In this document: positions 1 to 13,298 of the stretch, one piece after another
Layout: each line of letters starts with the position of its first letter
How positions within the stretch are numbered: position 1 is the first letter of the stretch
Assembly: GCA_012295275.1 (NCBI GenBank)
Contig: CM022678.1
Location: forward strand, 10,664,001-10,728,000
Direction: 5' to 3'
Origin: Chrysomallon squamiferum
Lineage: Eukaryota; Animalia; Mollusca
DNA: 64,000 bases
Made by a program: the position numbers and the translations under genes
The notes under the pieces: model-generated
Database searches by the model: none
Seen by the model: only the letters and a program-made list of their open reading frames with translations
Told to the model about the DNA's origin: nothing

Positions 1-1221
1 ATAGGGGAGGCGACTCTAAATACCAGTGAACACCTCTCACATAGGGAAAGTAACTCTAAATATAAAGTGAACACTTCTCGCATAAGGGAGGCGACTCTAA
101 ATATATCAGTGAACATATTTCGCATAAGCTTTTATTTTTTTTGATTGTTTTTCTTCTGTCAGTCAGTATTCTCTGTTTTCTTTCTCAGTAATCAAATGAA
201 TTCAGTATGGAAATTCTTATCCTGATAATCAATGCAGTCCACATACGATTTTATATTTTATTATGAATAAAATCTGAAAAGAATGCTGCGTTTAAATAGT
301 ACCACGCTTCGTTCTGTTTCCTTAGTTTTTTTTCTTTTTTTATTTTTTTTTTTTTTTTTTAAGCTTTTTTTTTTTTCTTTCTTTCTTTTTTTTTTTTCTT
401 TCTTTCCTTCTTTCTTTATTTTCTTTCTTTCTTTCTTTTTCTTTTCTTTTTTCTTTTATTTTCTATCTTTCATTCCATCCTTTTTTTTTTCTTTACCATT
501 TCTTTTTTTATTTTTTTATTTTTTACTTTAATCTTTAAACACTCTTTCTCACTGATTATTTCCTTTTTGTTTCGAGTTTTCTATTCCATTCCTTAATACC
601 AGTGAACACATCTTCTTTTTTTTACCAGTGAACACATCTCACCATTTACCAGTGAACACATCTTTATTTTTCATTTATGAAACACTTTAATCAGTTAAAA
701 ACACACTCTCTCACTGATTATACCAGTGAACACACCTCTCAAATTTTTGTAAATACCAGTGAGTTTTCTATCATAAGGGAGGCCACTCTAAATATACCAG
801 TGAACACATCTCACATAGGGGAGGCGACTCTAAATACCAGTGAACACATCTCACATAAGGGAGGCAACTCTAAGTATACCAGTGAACACATCTCACATAG
901 GGGAGGCGACTCTAAATACCAGTGAACACCTCTCACATAGGGAAAGTAACTCTAAATATAGAAGTGAACAATTCTCGCATAAGGGAGGGGACTCTAAATA
1001 TATCAGTGAACATATTTCGCATAAGCTTTTATTTATTTATTTTTTCTTCAGTCAGTCAGTATCCTCTGTTTTCTTTATCACTAATCAAATGAAGAAATTC
1101 AGTATGGAAATTCTTATCCTGATAATCAGTGCAGTCCACATACGATTTTATATTCTATTATGAATAAAATTTCAAAAGAATGCTGCGTTTAAATAGTACC
1201 ACGCTTCGTTCTGTTTCCTTA

Positions 1222-1255
<34 letters not shown>

Positions 1256-3664
1256 TTGTTCATTCTTTAAGCTGTTTCAATATTTTCTTTCTTTCTTTCT
1301 TTCCTTCCTGCTTTCTTTTCTTTCTATCCTTCCTTCTTTCTTTTCTATCTTTTTTTTTTTTTTCTTTCTATCTTTTCCATCTTTTATTTCCTTTCTTTCA
1401 TTCCATCCTTCCTTCTTTTTTCTAAGTGTTACCATTTCTTTATTATTTGTTTATGAAATACTTTAATCAGTTTAAACACTCTGCTCTCACTGATTATTTA
1501 GTTGAGCTTTTGTATTCGAGTTTTCTATCTTATTTTCTTAATACCAGTGAACACATCTCACATAAGGGACGCAACTCTAAATACCAGTGAACACATCTCA
1601 CATAAGGGAGGCAACTCTAAGTATACCAGTGAACACATCTCACATAGGGGAGGCGACTCTAAATACCAGTGAACACATCTCACATAAGGGAGGCAACTCT
1701 AAGTATACCAGTGAACACATCTCACATAGGGGAGGCGACTCTAAATACCAGTGAACACCTCTCACATAGGGAAAGTAACTCTAAATATAGAAGTGAACAC
1801 TTCTCGCATAAGGGAGGGGACTCAAAATATATCAGTGAACATATTTCGCATAAGCTTTTATTTTTTTGATTGTTTTTCTTCAGCCAGTCTGTATTCTCTG
1901 TTTTCTATCTGAGTAATCATATGAAGAAATTCAGTATGGAAATTCTAATCATGCTAATCAATGAAGTCCAGATACGATTTTATATTCTATTATGAATAAA
2001 ATTTCAAAAGAATGCTCCGTTTAAATTGTACCACGCTTCGTTCTGTTACGTTTGTTTTTTTTTTTTTTTTTTTTTCATTTTTGTTCATTCTTTAATTCTT
2101 TTTCAATGTTTCAATATTTGTTTTCTTTTCTTTCCTTTCCTTTCTTTTTTCTTTTCTTTCCTTCCTTCTTTTTCTTTTTCTTTCTTTTCTTTCTTTTTTC
2201 TTTCTATCTTTTCCATCTTTTATTTCCTATCTTTCATTCCATCCTTCCTTCTTTTTTCTACGTGTTACCATTTCTTTATTATTTATTTATGAAATACTTT
2301 AATCAGTTTAAACACTCTGCTCTCACTGATTATTTAGTTGAGCTTTTGTATTCGAGTTTTCTATCTTATTTTCTTAATACCAGTGAACACATCTCACATA
2401 AGGGAGGCCACTCTAAATATACCAGTGAACACATCTCACATAAGGGAGGCGACTCTAAATACCAGTGAACACATCTCACATAAGGGAGGCAACTCTAAGT
2501 ATACCAGTGAACACATCTCACATAGGGGAGGCGACTCTAAATACCAGTGAACACCTCTCACATAGGGAAAGTAACTCTAAATATAGAAGTGAACACTTCT
2601 CGCATAAGGGAGGCGACTCTAAATATATCAGTGAACATATTTCGCATAAGCTTTTATTTTTTTGATTTGTTTTTCTTCAGTCAGTCAGTATTCTCTGTTT
2701 TCTTTCTCAGTAATCAAATGAATTCAGTATGGAAATTCTTATCCTGATAATCAATGCAGTCCACATACGATTTTATATTTTATTATGAATAAAATTTGAA
2801 AAGAATGCTGCGTTTAAATAGTACCACTCTTCGTTTTGTGTTTAGTTTAGTTTTTTTTTTTTTTTTTTTTTTATTCATTTTTTGTTCATTCTTTAAGCTG
2901 TTTCAATTTTTTTTCTTCTTTCTTTCTTTTTTTTCCTTTCTTTCTTTTCTTTCTTTCTTTCCTTCCTTCCTTTTTTCTTTTCTATCTTTCTTTCTTTCTT
3001 TCTTTCTATCTTTTCCATCTTTTATTTCCTATCTTTCATTCCATCCTTCCTTCTTTTTTCTACGTGTTACCATTTCTTTATTATTTATTTATGAAATACT
3101 TTAATCAGTTTAAACACTCTGCTCTCACTGATTATTTAGTTGAGCTTTTGTATTCGAGTTTTCTATCTTATTTTCTTAATACCAGTGAACACATCTCACA
3201 TAAGGGAGGCCACTCTAAATATACCAGTGAACACATCTCACATAGGGGAGGCGACTCTAAATACCAGTGAACACATCTCACATAAGGGAGGGAGGAACAA
3301 TCTCTAAATATACCTAAATATACCAGTGAACACATCTCACATAGGGGAGGCGACTCTAAATACCAGTGAACACCTCTCACATAGGGAAAGTAACTCTAAA
3401 TATAGAAGTGAACACTTCTCGCATAAGGGAGGGACTCTAAATATATCAGTGAACATATTTCGCATAAGCTTTTATTTTTTTATTTTTTTCTTCAGTCAGT
3501 CAGTATTCTCTGTTTTCTTTCTCAGTAATCAAATGAAGAAATTCAGTATGGAAATTCTTATCCTGATAATCAATGCAGTCCACATACGATTTTATATTTT
3601 ATTATGAATAAAATTTCAAAAGAATGCTGCGTTTAAATAGTACCACGCTTCGTTCTGTTTCCTT

Positions 3665-3699
<35 letters not shown>

Positions 3700-6347
3700 T
3701 TCATTCTTTAAGCTGTTTCAATATTTTCTTTCTTTCTTTCTTTCCTTCCTGCTTTCTTTTCTTTCTATCCTTCCTTCTTTTTTTTTCAATCTTTCTTTCT
3801 TTTTTTCTATCTTTTCCATCTTTTATTTCCTATCTTTCATTTTCATTCCATCCTTCCTTTTTTTTCTAAGTGTTACCATTTCTTTATTATTTATTTTATG
3901 AAATACTTTAATCAGTTTTTAAACACTCTGCTCTCACTGATTATTTAGTTGAGCTATTTTTTGTATTCGAGTTTTCTATCTTATTTTCTTAATACCAGTG
4001 AACACATCTCTCACTCTAAATATACCAGTGAACACATCTCACATAGGGGAGGCGACTCTAAATACCAGTGAACACATCTCACATAAGGGAGGCAACTCTA
4101 AGTATACCAGTGAACACATCTCACATAGGGGAGGCGACTCTAAATACCAGTGAACACCTCTCACATAGGGAAAGTAACTCTAAATATAGAAGTGAACACT
4201 TCTCGCATAAGGGAGGCGACTCAAAATATATCAGTGAACATATTTCGCATAAGCTTTTATTTTTTTGATTGTTTTTCTTCAGCCAGTCTGTATTCTCTGT
4301 TTTCTATCTGAGTAATCATATGAAGAAATTCAGTATGGAAATTCTAATCATGCTAATCAATGAAGTCCAGATACGATTTTATGTTTTATTATGAATAAAA
4401 TTTGAAAAGAATGCTCCGTTTAAATTGTACCACGCTTCGTTCTGTTACGTTTGTTTTTTTTTTTTTTATTCATTTTTGTTCATTCCTTAAGCTGCTTCAA
4501 TGTTTTCTTTCTTTCTTTCTTTCTTTCTTTCCTGCTTTCTTTTCTTTCTATCCTTCCTTCTTTCTTTTCTATCTTTCTTTCTTTCTATCTTTTCCATCTT
4601 TTATTTCCTATCTTTCATTCCATCCTTCCTTCTTTTTTCTACGTGTTACCATTTCTTTATTATTTATTTATGAAATACTTTAATCAGTTTAAACACTCTG
4701 CTCTCACTGATTATTTAGTTGAGCTTTTGTATTCGAGTTTTCTATCTTATTTTCTTAATTTTGTATTCGAGTTTTCTATCTTATTTTCTTAATACCAGTG
4801 AACACATCTCACATAAGGGAGGCCACTCTAAATATACCAGTGAACACATCTCACATAGGGGAGGCGACTCTAAATACCAGTGAACACATCTCACATAAGG
4901 GAGGCAACTCTAAGTATACCAGTGAACACATCTCACATAGGGGAGGCGACTCTAAATACCAGTGAACACCTCTCACATAGGGAAAGTAACTCTAAATATA
5001 GAAGTGAACACTTCTCGCATAAGGGAGGCGACTCAAAATATATCAGTGAACATATTTCGCATAAGCTTTTATTTTTTGATTGTTTTTCTTCAGTCAGTCA
5101 GTATTCTCTGTTTTCTTTCTCAGTAATCAAATGAATTCAGTATGGAAATTCTTATCCTGATAATCAATGCAGTCCACATACGATTTTATATTTTATTATG
5201 AATAAAAGCTGAAAAGAATGCTGTGTTTAAATAGTACCACTCTTCGTTGTGTTTCCTTAGTTTTTTCTTTTCTTTTTTTTTTTTTTTTTATTCATTTTTG
5301 TTCATTCTTTAAGCTGTTTCAATATTTTTTTCTTTCTTTCTTTCCTTCTTTCTTTTTTTTCTTTCTATCCTTCCTTCTTTCTTTTCTTTTTCTATCTTTC
5401 TTTCTTTCTATCTTTTCCATCTTTTATTTCCTATCTTTCATTCCATCCTTCCTTCTTTTTTCTACGTGTTACCATTTCTTTATTATTGATTTATGAAATA
5501 CTTTAATCACTTTAAACATTCTGCTCTCACTGATTATTTAGTTAAAGTTTTCTATCTTATTTTCTTAATACCATTATTTAATTAACTATACCAGTTTGTG
5601 AACACCTCTCACATAGGGAAAGCAACTTTAAAGTTTTCTATCTCGCATAAGGGAGGCAATTCTTAGTATACCAGTGAACACATCTCATATGGGAGGGAAG
5701 TCTGAAAATACCAGTGAAAACATCTAAATATACCAGTGAACTCATGTGAACACGTCTCCCAAAGTGGTGGCGTCTCTAAATATACCAGTGAACTCATCTT
5801 ACAAAAGGGGTCGACTCAAAATAGCAGTGAACACATCTCACATAGGGGAGGCGACTCTAAATATAGCAGTGAACACATCTCACACAGGGGAGGCGATTCT
5901 AAATGTAGTAGTGAACACTTCTCACATAAGGGAGTAGACTCTAAATATACCAGTGAACACATCTCGCATAAGGGAGGCCACTCTATATATACCAGTGAAG
6001 GCATCTCGCATAAGCTTTTTTTTTTTTTTCTTCAGTCATTTAGTATTCTCTGCTTTTTTTCTCGGTAATCAACTGAACAAATTCAGTATGGAAATTCTTA
6101 TACTGATGATGATTTTATATTTTATTTTGAATATAGGCTGTAAAGAATGCTGCCTTTAAAGAGTACCACGTTTCGTTCTGTTTCTTTAGTTATTTCGTTT
6201 TTTATTCTTTCTTTTTGTTCTTTTTTTAAGTTTTTTGAATATTTTCTTTCGATTCTTTATTTCTTTCCTGCTTTCTTTTCTTTCTATCCTTCCTTTTTTC
6301 TTTTTATCTTTCTTTCTTTTCTTTCTATCATTTCCATCTTTTATTTC
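1..6347. repeat. Complex tandem satellite, ~0.8-0.9 kb monomer, at least 8 copies, open at the left edge
   Basis: The landmark GAATGCT(G/C)CGTTTAAAT recurs at ~281, 1178, 2010, 2803, 3622, 4409, 5216 and 6145. Each monomer has 4-7 subrepeats of 40/42 bp (ATACCAGTGAACACATCTCACATA(A/G)GGGAGGC(G/A)ACTCTAA[GT]), an AT-rich spacer and a T/CTTT tract. The last monomer is diverged. Confidence 0.95.
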
Positions 6348-6538
6348 TGTTGTATTTAAATGGTGTTATAGTTAACATTGTTACAGTTTACGATGTTTAA
6401 GGGAACCGGAATAAGGGAGATAGTATTATATTAAGCCACCGAGAGCGTGCGTTAGTTTTGTTCGTAGCAATTTTTGAAACGAAATAAAAATTTTGGAAAC
6501 TGAAATGAACTTTAAGCTTTTAATGATAAAACATAACA
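6348..6538 (+). repeat. 5' LTR
   Basis: TGTTGTATTTAAA...AAAACATAACA; aligns to 10861-11050 with about a dozen substitutions and one indel by eye. Confidence 0.95.
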
Positions 6539-6540
6539 TT

Positions 6541-6558
6541 TGGCGACTAGGATGGGAT
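6541..6558 (+). other. Primer binding site, tRNA-Ser(GCU) type
   Basis: TGGCGACTAGGATGGGAT 2 bp after the LTR. It is complementary with 1 mismatch to the 3' end of metazoan tRNA-Ser(GCU), ...ATCCCATCCTCGTCGCCA. Confidence 0.8.
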
Positions 6559-6601
6559 AATACTTGTTGAATTGTTTCCTGAAATTAACTATTTATGAAA
6601 T

Positions 6602-7330
6602 ATAGCTACCTACGGTAAAGTTGAAGAGTTTGATCTAGAAAGTTCCGATTGGGATGAATACATCGAACGTTTTGAACAGTATCTGCTGGCGAATGATGTA
6701 CACGATGCCGAAAAGAAACGATCCGTTTTGTTGTCCGTATGTGGTGCCAAGACTTACAGGTTGATTCGAAATCTGACTTCGCCTGAGAAACCGGCAAGTA
6801 AGACTTACGAACAAAGGAAATCATCTCAAACCAAAACCTTTGGTGATTGCGGAACGGTTCAAATTCTATCAACGGAAACTAGAGCCCGGAGAGACTGTAA
6901 GTGAATTTTTGGCTGAATTAAGAAAATTGACAGAACATTGTGAATTTGTTGCATTTTTGACTGAAGCATTAAGATACATTTTGGTCTGTGGTCTGTCTCA
7001 AAAGTCTATACAGAAAAAACTTCTCTCTGAACATGACTTATCACTGAGGAAAGCCTTGCAAACAGCTGTTAGTATGGAAATGTCAGATAGAGAAACTAAC
7101 ATGCTGAAAATTGGAATGAAGTCAGAAACGGAAAAGTTCCACAAACTTTCTGTCATTGAATGCTTCCGGTGTGGTAAAACTAATCATCATCATCATGCAT
7201 GTTTTTACAAAAAGGCAAACTGTTATAAGTATAATGAAAGAGATATTTGAGTAGAAAATGTTGAAATCAAAAGAAAAAAATAGAAAGACAGGAAAGCAAA
7301 CAGATAGAAAAAGGAAAAAAGAAATTTCCA
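6602..7330 (+). pseudogene. gag: Gypsy gag, frameshifted
   Basis: ATA (probable decayed ATG) then ATYGKVEEFDLESSDWDEYIERFEQY. ORF 6840-7250 has IAERFKFYQRKLEPGETVSEFLAELRKL, the zinc knuckle CFRCGKTNHHHHAC and a degenerate second knuckle. Confidence 0.85.
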
Positions 7331-7619
7331 AAGTTGAAAAAGAAAAATTCTAAAGTGAATGTTGTGAATGAAAATTCTGATAGGGACCTTACGGAATCAG
7401 AAGATGGTACCAGTGATTCGGAAATTGAAAATGCTGAATATGAAACAGGTTTAAAAATTCATGAGATTCGTGAAGAATCTGGATGTAACGAAATTGAATC
7501 GGAAATGATAAAAGCTGTTCTTGAAAATAAAGAGGTTGCAATGGAAAGAAATGTCAATTTTCACAGTGAAATCTACGAAAGCGAAAGAAATTCAAATTTC
7601 TTTGGAACTCAAAGGTGTG

Positions 7620-10550
7620 TCATTCAAAATGGAAGTAGATACAGGTGCTTTAAGACTTATCAGGAAAAATTGGAGAAAACAGTGCCATTGAAATCAACAT
7701 CGATTGTGTTGAAAACTTATACTGATGAAGTGGTGCCAGTCCTTGGGCAAATTGAGGTGACTGTTAAATATGGAAAGCAGAAAAAACTTTTACCTTTAAC
7801 TGTGGATAAGGAAATGGACCAACTTTGTTTGGACGGATTTGGTTCCAAAACATTCAGTTGGACTGGAAGAGTATTAAGATTATGAAAGCCTGTGGAAACT
7901 CTGAAGATTTGTTCAGTAGATGTTCAGTAGATATTCAGTTTTTTCAAATGAGTTGGGAACAGTAAAAGGCATAAGAGCTCATCTGAAAGTGAAAGAGGAT
8001 GCTACTCCAAAGTTTTTCAAGGCTAGACCAGTACCTTATGCTTTGAAGGACAAGATTGCTGATGAACTTCACAGACTTGAAGCAGAAGGAATTCTAGAAA
8101 AGTTGGATTTTTTTCTGAATTTTTCTATTGTACCTGTTTTGGGCTTCTCATTATTGGCGATTACAAGGTTACCATAAACCTGTTTTAAACCTGACAGACA
8201 TTTTCAGCAAACCATGGAGGCAAAAGTTCTCCAAACTGGCGATTACCAGCAAAGGAACAGTCCAGGAACCACAATAAATCCTGACTTGTTGGAAGTGCCT
8301 GAGTACTAAAAGGTGTAGGTCACATTTTGAATGACATCATAGTCACTGGAAAGGATGACACCGAACACTTGAAACATTTGAAAAACACTTTGAAACGCCT
8401 AGAAAAATATGGAATTCAACTGAAAAGGTGCAAATGTGCATTGATGAAAGATGAAGTTGAGTACTCTGCATTTATTATGAACAAAAATGGGATTCAACCT
8501 CCTGAAAGAAAAGTTGAAGCTATTCTGAAAGTGCTTGAACCTAAGAACAAGAGTGAGTTGCAATCTTGGGTTAGGTATTGTGAATTACTATCGCAAGTTT
8601 GTACCCAACATGTCAACAGTGGTGGCACCGCTAACAGCGTTGTTAACCAAAGATACAGAGTGGAAATGGAGTGATGATTATCAGCAAGCATTTTCCAAAG
8701 TGGGAAAACTGTTAGGATCATCTAAAATTCTTGTCCACTATGACCCGATGAAACCAGTAATGTTGGCAGTAGATGCATCTGCGCATGGTCTTGGAGCGGT
8801 AATATCACATGGAAATGAAGGATCAGATAGGCCAATAGCGTACGCTTCTAGAACTCTGACATCAGCAGAACGCAAGTATTCCCAAATTGAGAAAGAAGCA
8901 CTGGCAATAATTTTTGGAATACACAAGTTCCATCAGTACCTGTATGGTAGAAGATTTACTTTGTTCACAGATCATAAACCACTGACAATGATTCTTGAAC
9001 CTTAAAAGAATATTCCTGTTCTGACAACCTCTCGACTACAGCGTTGGGCTATTCAGTTAGCTGCATATCAGTTTGACATTAAATACAGAAACTCTACCAA
9101 AAATGGAAATGCTGATGCACTGTCCCGACTACCACTTCTGCAAACTGAAGAAATATCTGAAAGTGTGTTTTGGCATGAAGACAAGCAAGCAATGAGAAAT
9201 CAAGTCAATGGATTACCTATCACTGCAAGAAATATTGCTAAAGCAACTGAAGTTGACAAAGTATTATCTCGGGTTGTACATTATAACATGTATGGATGGC
9301 CAAAAGAGTCTTCTATTTCACATGAGCAGTTACCGTATTTCAGAGTGAAAGATGAATTAACCGTGGAGGAACACTGTCTTCTCAGAGGAATGCGAGTGAT
9401 TATTCCCGATAAATATTCTGTATTATCTTCATGAAAATCATCCTGGAATTGTGCGAATGAAATCTTTGGCTAGATTGCATGTGTGGTGGCCTCATATGGA
9501 TATTGACATAGAAAAGAAAGTTAGCAAGTGTAAGTGTTGCCAACTACAACAAACAGTCATGCCAAAAAGTACAGCTAATGCATGGAATTTGACCCACCAA
9601 ACCATGGCAAAGAATACATGTTGATTTTGCTGGACCATTCATGAAAGAAATGTTCATGATTGTGGTGGATGCACATTCTAAATGGATGGAAGTTTTTCGA
9701 ATGTCCAGTACCAGAGCAACGCATGCAGTAGAGACATTGAGAATTCTCTTTGCAAGTTATGGAATGCCAGAGCAGTTGATTTCTGATAATGGACCTCAGT
9801 TTGTTGCAGAGGAATTTGAAACATTTCTTAAGAAAAATGGAGTGAAACACATCAAATCAGCTCCATACCATCCAAGTTCAAATGGTGAGGCAGAAAGAGC
9901 TGTTCATACTTTCAAAACTGCAATGAAAACAGTTGAACATGAGTCACGAACCATGAACCAGAAGATTTCATCATTACTTTTATTGCGTATCGGAACACTC
10001 CGCACTGTACTACAAAATGTACTCCATCAGAATTGTTTCTTGGCAGACGTGTTTGAATGAGATTGGATATCTTGCGTCCAAGTTTGGAGAACTCTGTTAA
10101 AAAAGAACTATTCCAAAAGCAAGTAAAACACGGGTGTTCAATATTGGAGATTCAGTACAAGTGAAGAACTCCAGAGGATCTGACAAGTGGTTGAGTGGAA
10201 AAGTACTGTGTCAGCTAGGGCCTGTTACCTACAGAGTGAATGTTGGAGATTTTGTATGTAAAAGACATGTCGATCAACTTCGTAAATGTGTGTATTTGGA
10301 GGATAATAGGAACCCTTCCCCAGAACTGTCTGCAGTTGGTACGGAGTCTGAAATGGAATTTGTTGAATCAACCGTTCAGGTGGAAGAGACTGAGATCAAA
10401 AATAGAACGGTTACTTCTAATGCCGTAGAGGATGCTTCTGCCATCGACGATACTGTTGACGATGTACCGCAACTACCAATACCATCTACCCCAAGATATC
10501 TTAGACGTGCTCGAAAAACACCTCAGACTGATAGAAACTATTTAAAGTGA
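7620..10550 (+). pseudogene. pol: Gypsy pol (protease, partly deleted RT, RNase H, integrase), broken
   Basis: Protease MEVDTGA at ~7629; PKFFKARPVPYALK; the RT YxDD motif reads LNDIIVTG; RNase H LAVDASAHGLGAVI...YSQIEKEALAII; integrase HENHPG...CKCC, VDFAGPF, ISDNGPQF, SNGEAERAV. Confidence 0.92.
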
Positions 10551-10846
10551 TTTAATCTGAATCTGTATAATACGGAATTCATTGAAAGATTGTAGAATTA
10601 GTGTTATTTTATTATTATATTTTTTTGTAAGAATAATATTTGTGATTTGAAGTTCCATATGTGACCAATGAACATACTTGATAAACTGTAATTGAACTAT
10701 TATGGTGTCTAATGAAAAAAAGAAAAAACAAAATGTTCTTTTTTTAAGTTCAAAATCCAATTGTTTAATTATTACTAATTAGTAAATCAGACAAATTTAT
10801 TTTATAATTTTACATATAACATAATTTGTGGGTAAATTGAAAATTT

Positions 10847-10860
10847 AGGAGGGAAGGAAG
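10847..10860 (+). other. Polypurine tract
   Basis: AGGAGGGAAGGAAG directly before the TG of the 3' LTR. Confidence 0.9.
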
Positions 10861-11050
10861 TGTTGTATTTAAACGGTGTTATAGTTAACATTGTTACAGT
10901 TTACGATGTTTAAGGGAACCGGAATAGGGGAGATATTATTATATGAAGTCACCGGGAGCGTGCGTCAGTTTTGTTCGTAGCAATTTTTGAAACGAAATAA
11001 ATTGTTTGGAAATTGAAATGAACTTTATGTTTTAATGTTAAAACATAACA
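10861..11050 (+). repeat. 3' LTR
   Basis: Direct repeat of 6348-6538, TG...CA. Confidence 0.95.
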
Positions 11051-11874
11051 ATTTTTAGTTATTCACTATTGCATGATATAAATTACACAATATTGGTATT
11101 TTTATTAGGATAAATGTTACGTCTTCCACAAAACTTTAAAAATATTTTGTAACAAACAGAATAGTATAACTTTAAAACCGAGCTGCTCCTTTAATGGAAT
11201 AACAGCAATTTATATTAATAACTTGAGAATTAATGACATAAATATCATATTTAGTTTCTATGAGCGTAGTTTTCTGAAGATAATTAGAGACTGCTCGACA
11301 GAGTTTACGTTTTAATTTACTACCAGCAGTTTACACGAATAAATTGAGACACTGAGTGAAAATTACCTTTATCTTATAACAACAGTACTGCTGTTTAACA
11401 CTGATATTTTTAAACGTCATTATCAAAACATATTTAAAATGTCTTGAATTTATGTAGTTTACTCTAAAATTAATATTTCATTGTATTAGATCACCTCTGA
11501 ATATAATAATAATAATAAATATTATCGATACCACAGAAAATACAGAATGACTGAGTGAAAATACATTAATAAGTTTCCCTTTTCCCAGACTTCTCCGCTA
11601 TTTCTTTTTATCAAGTGCAAAACTGAATATCTTAGTAATCATATTCTTATTTTATAGTAGAAATTTTTACTTTTAGTTTAAGAAAAGGTGCAATGTTGTT
11701 TTCTGTTACTTACCCCACATATTGTATTGAATAAAGGTGCCGCATATAAATTAGTTTTTAATAAAATATAAAAGAAAAGGTGATTTTTGCAGGTGTATAT
11801 AACAATTAAAAAAGAAAAGGTGAATTGGTGTGTATATAATGTTGTTTTTAGTTTTCTTATAAAACACATTTTAT

Positions 11875-12140
11875 ATAGTTAGAGACAAAGGTAACAAGTA
11901 ATTTGTAAGACTTTAATTTTCTTATAAAACGTCTTTATATAGTTAGAGACAGACTGTAACAAGTAATTTGTAAGACTTTAATTTTCTTATAAAACGTCTT
12001 TATATAGTTAGAGACAGAGTGTAACAAGTAATTTGTAAGACTTTAATTTTCTTATAAAACCTCTTTATATAGTTAGAGACAGAGTGTAACAAGCAATTTG
12101 TAAGACTTTAATTTTTTTATAAAACGTCTTTATATAGTTT
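11875..12140. repeat. Minisatellite, ~65-bp unit, about 4 copies
   Basis: AGAGACAGAGTGTAACAAGTAATTTGTAAGACTTTAATTTTCTTATAAAACGTCTTTATATAGTT at ~11881, 11946, 12011, 12075. Fewer copies in copy B (~57630-57785). Confidence 0.9.
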
Positions 12141-13102
12141 TGGGGTTATGTTTAAATTATATATATATAAGTATTCTAAAATATTTATAAACGGTAATAT
12201 TGTATAATTATATTATCAGACTAAATACATTTGTACTTTTGCTATAACAATAAATATACTTTCTAATCTTTGTATGATTTTATTTATAAATAAATTCTCA
12301 GTGATTCTGTTGTTAGCAAGCAGTAAACAGTTATTCATCAGTAGCATAAAATATTTTAAAATAGTAAAATCAAAACATTTAAATCGATATTGATCAAAAA
12401 GTAATTTAAAACATTTTGATTTTTCTTTTTTCATTCATCTCGTTATAAATGATAACAGAAGACAAATATGATCACATTACTAAATTAAAGAAAATTAAAG
12501 AAAAATAATATCTGAAATAAAACTTAAATTTTATCAGAAGTCATATGTGCTTGTAATTAATGTCAACCATTTTTAATAGCATATATCTCACAAAACAAGT
12601 ACCTACCTAATACACTAGAGAGGAAAATCCAAAAATCAGTGTACAGTTTGAAAATCCCATCTTGAATTTACAATTTAAAAATCCCATCATGAATTTATAA
12701 TTTAAAAATCCCAAATTCAGTTTACATTTTGAGAATCCAAACTTGAATTTACAATTAAAACTGCCAACTTCAGTTTACAAAACTAACTCCTGAATATCAT
12801 ATTTCTAAAACTGAGTACTTAAATTCTCAATATATCATTTAATTATTTCATAAGCATTTGTCTAGCATTTAATAGGAATGATATTGTAATCAAATTTTGA
12901 ATAATCATAGACATGGTTTTGTAACTTGTAAAGTGAAAAATTCAATAAGAGTGTGCACATGTGTGCGTGTGTTATTCGTGAAAAGTTGAGAAAAATGCGT
13001 TCATTCTTGCATGAGAAACTGCACGTGCCTCAGGTAAATGTCACTTATGTCAGTAAAATACAAAGATGTATTAACCTCTAAAATGTTATCTTTATTTATC
13101 TT

Positions 13103-13298
13103 TAATAAAACTATTATCACTAAAATAATAAAACTCTTATCACTAAAATAATAAAACTATTACTGTTGTCACTAAAATAATAAAACTGTTCTCACTAAAA
13201 TAATAAAACTATTATCACTAAAAAATAAAATAAAAACTGTTTAAAACTGTTATCACTAAAATAATAAAACTGTTGTCACTAAAATAATAAAACTGTTA
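13103..13298. repeat. Minisatellite, ~23-bp unit
   Basis: TAATAAAACT(A/G)TT(A/G)TCACTAAAA repeated about 8 times; also at ~58720-58895. Confidence 0.9.

Larger units (their letters stand above)
6348..11050 (+). mobile_element. Decayed Ty3/Gypsy LTR retrotransposon with both LTRs (Mag-like)
   Basis: Paired ~190-bp TG...CA LTRs, PBS, PPT, gag with CCHC knuckle, pol order PR-RT-RNaseH-IN. Imperfect 5-bp flanks ATTTC (6343-6347) and ATTTT (11051-11055). Many frameshifts and stops. Confidence 0.95.

Noticed and set aside
590-6010. Regular 40/42-bp repeats resembling a CRISPR array
   Set aside because: The units abut without unique spacers, there are no cas genes, and the context is eukaryotic; it is a satellite.
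283-6359. Many short ORFs (MNTSHIREATL..., poly-Phe ORFs)
   Set aside because: They are translations of satellite subrepeats and T/CTTT tracts, in different frames among copies.
6606-9850. Minus-strand ORFs 6606-6872, 7122-7331, 8494-8721, 8738-8926, 9575-9850
   Set aside because: Antisense shadows of Gypsy gag/pol.
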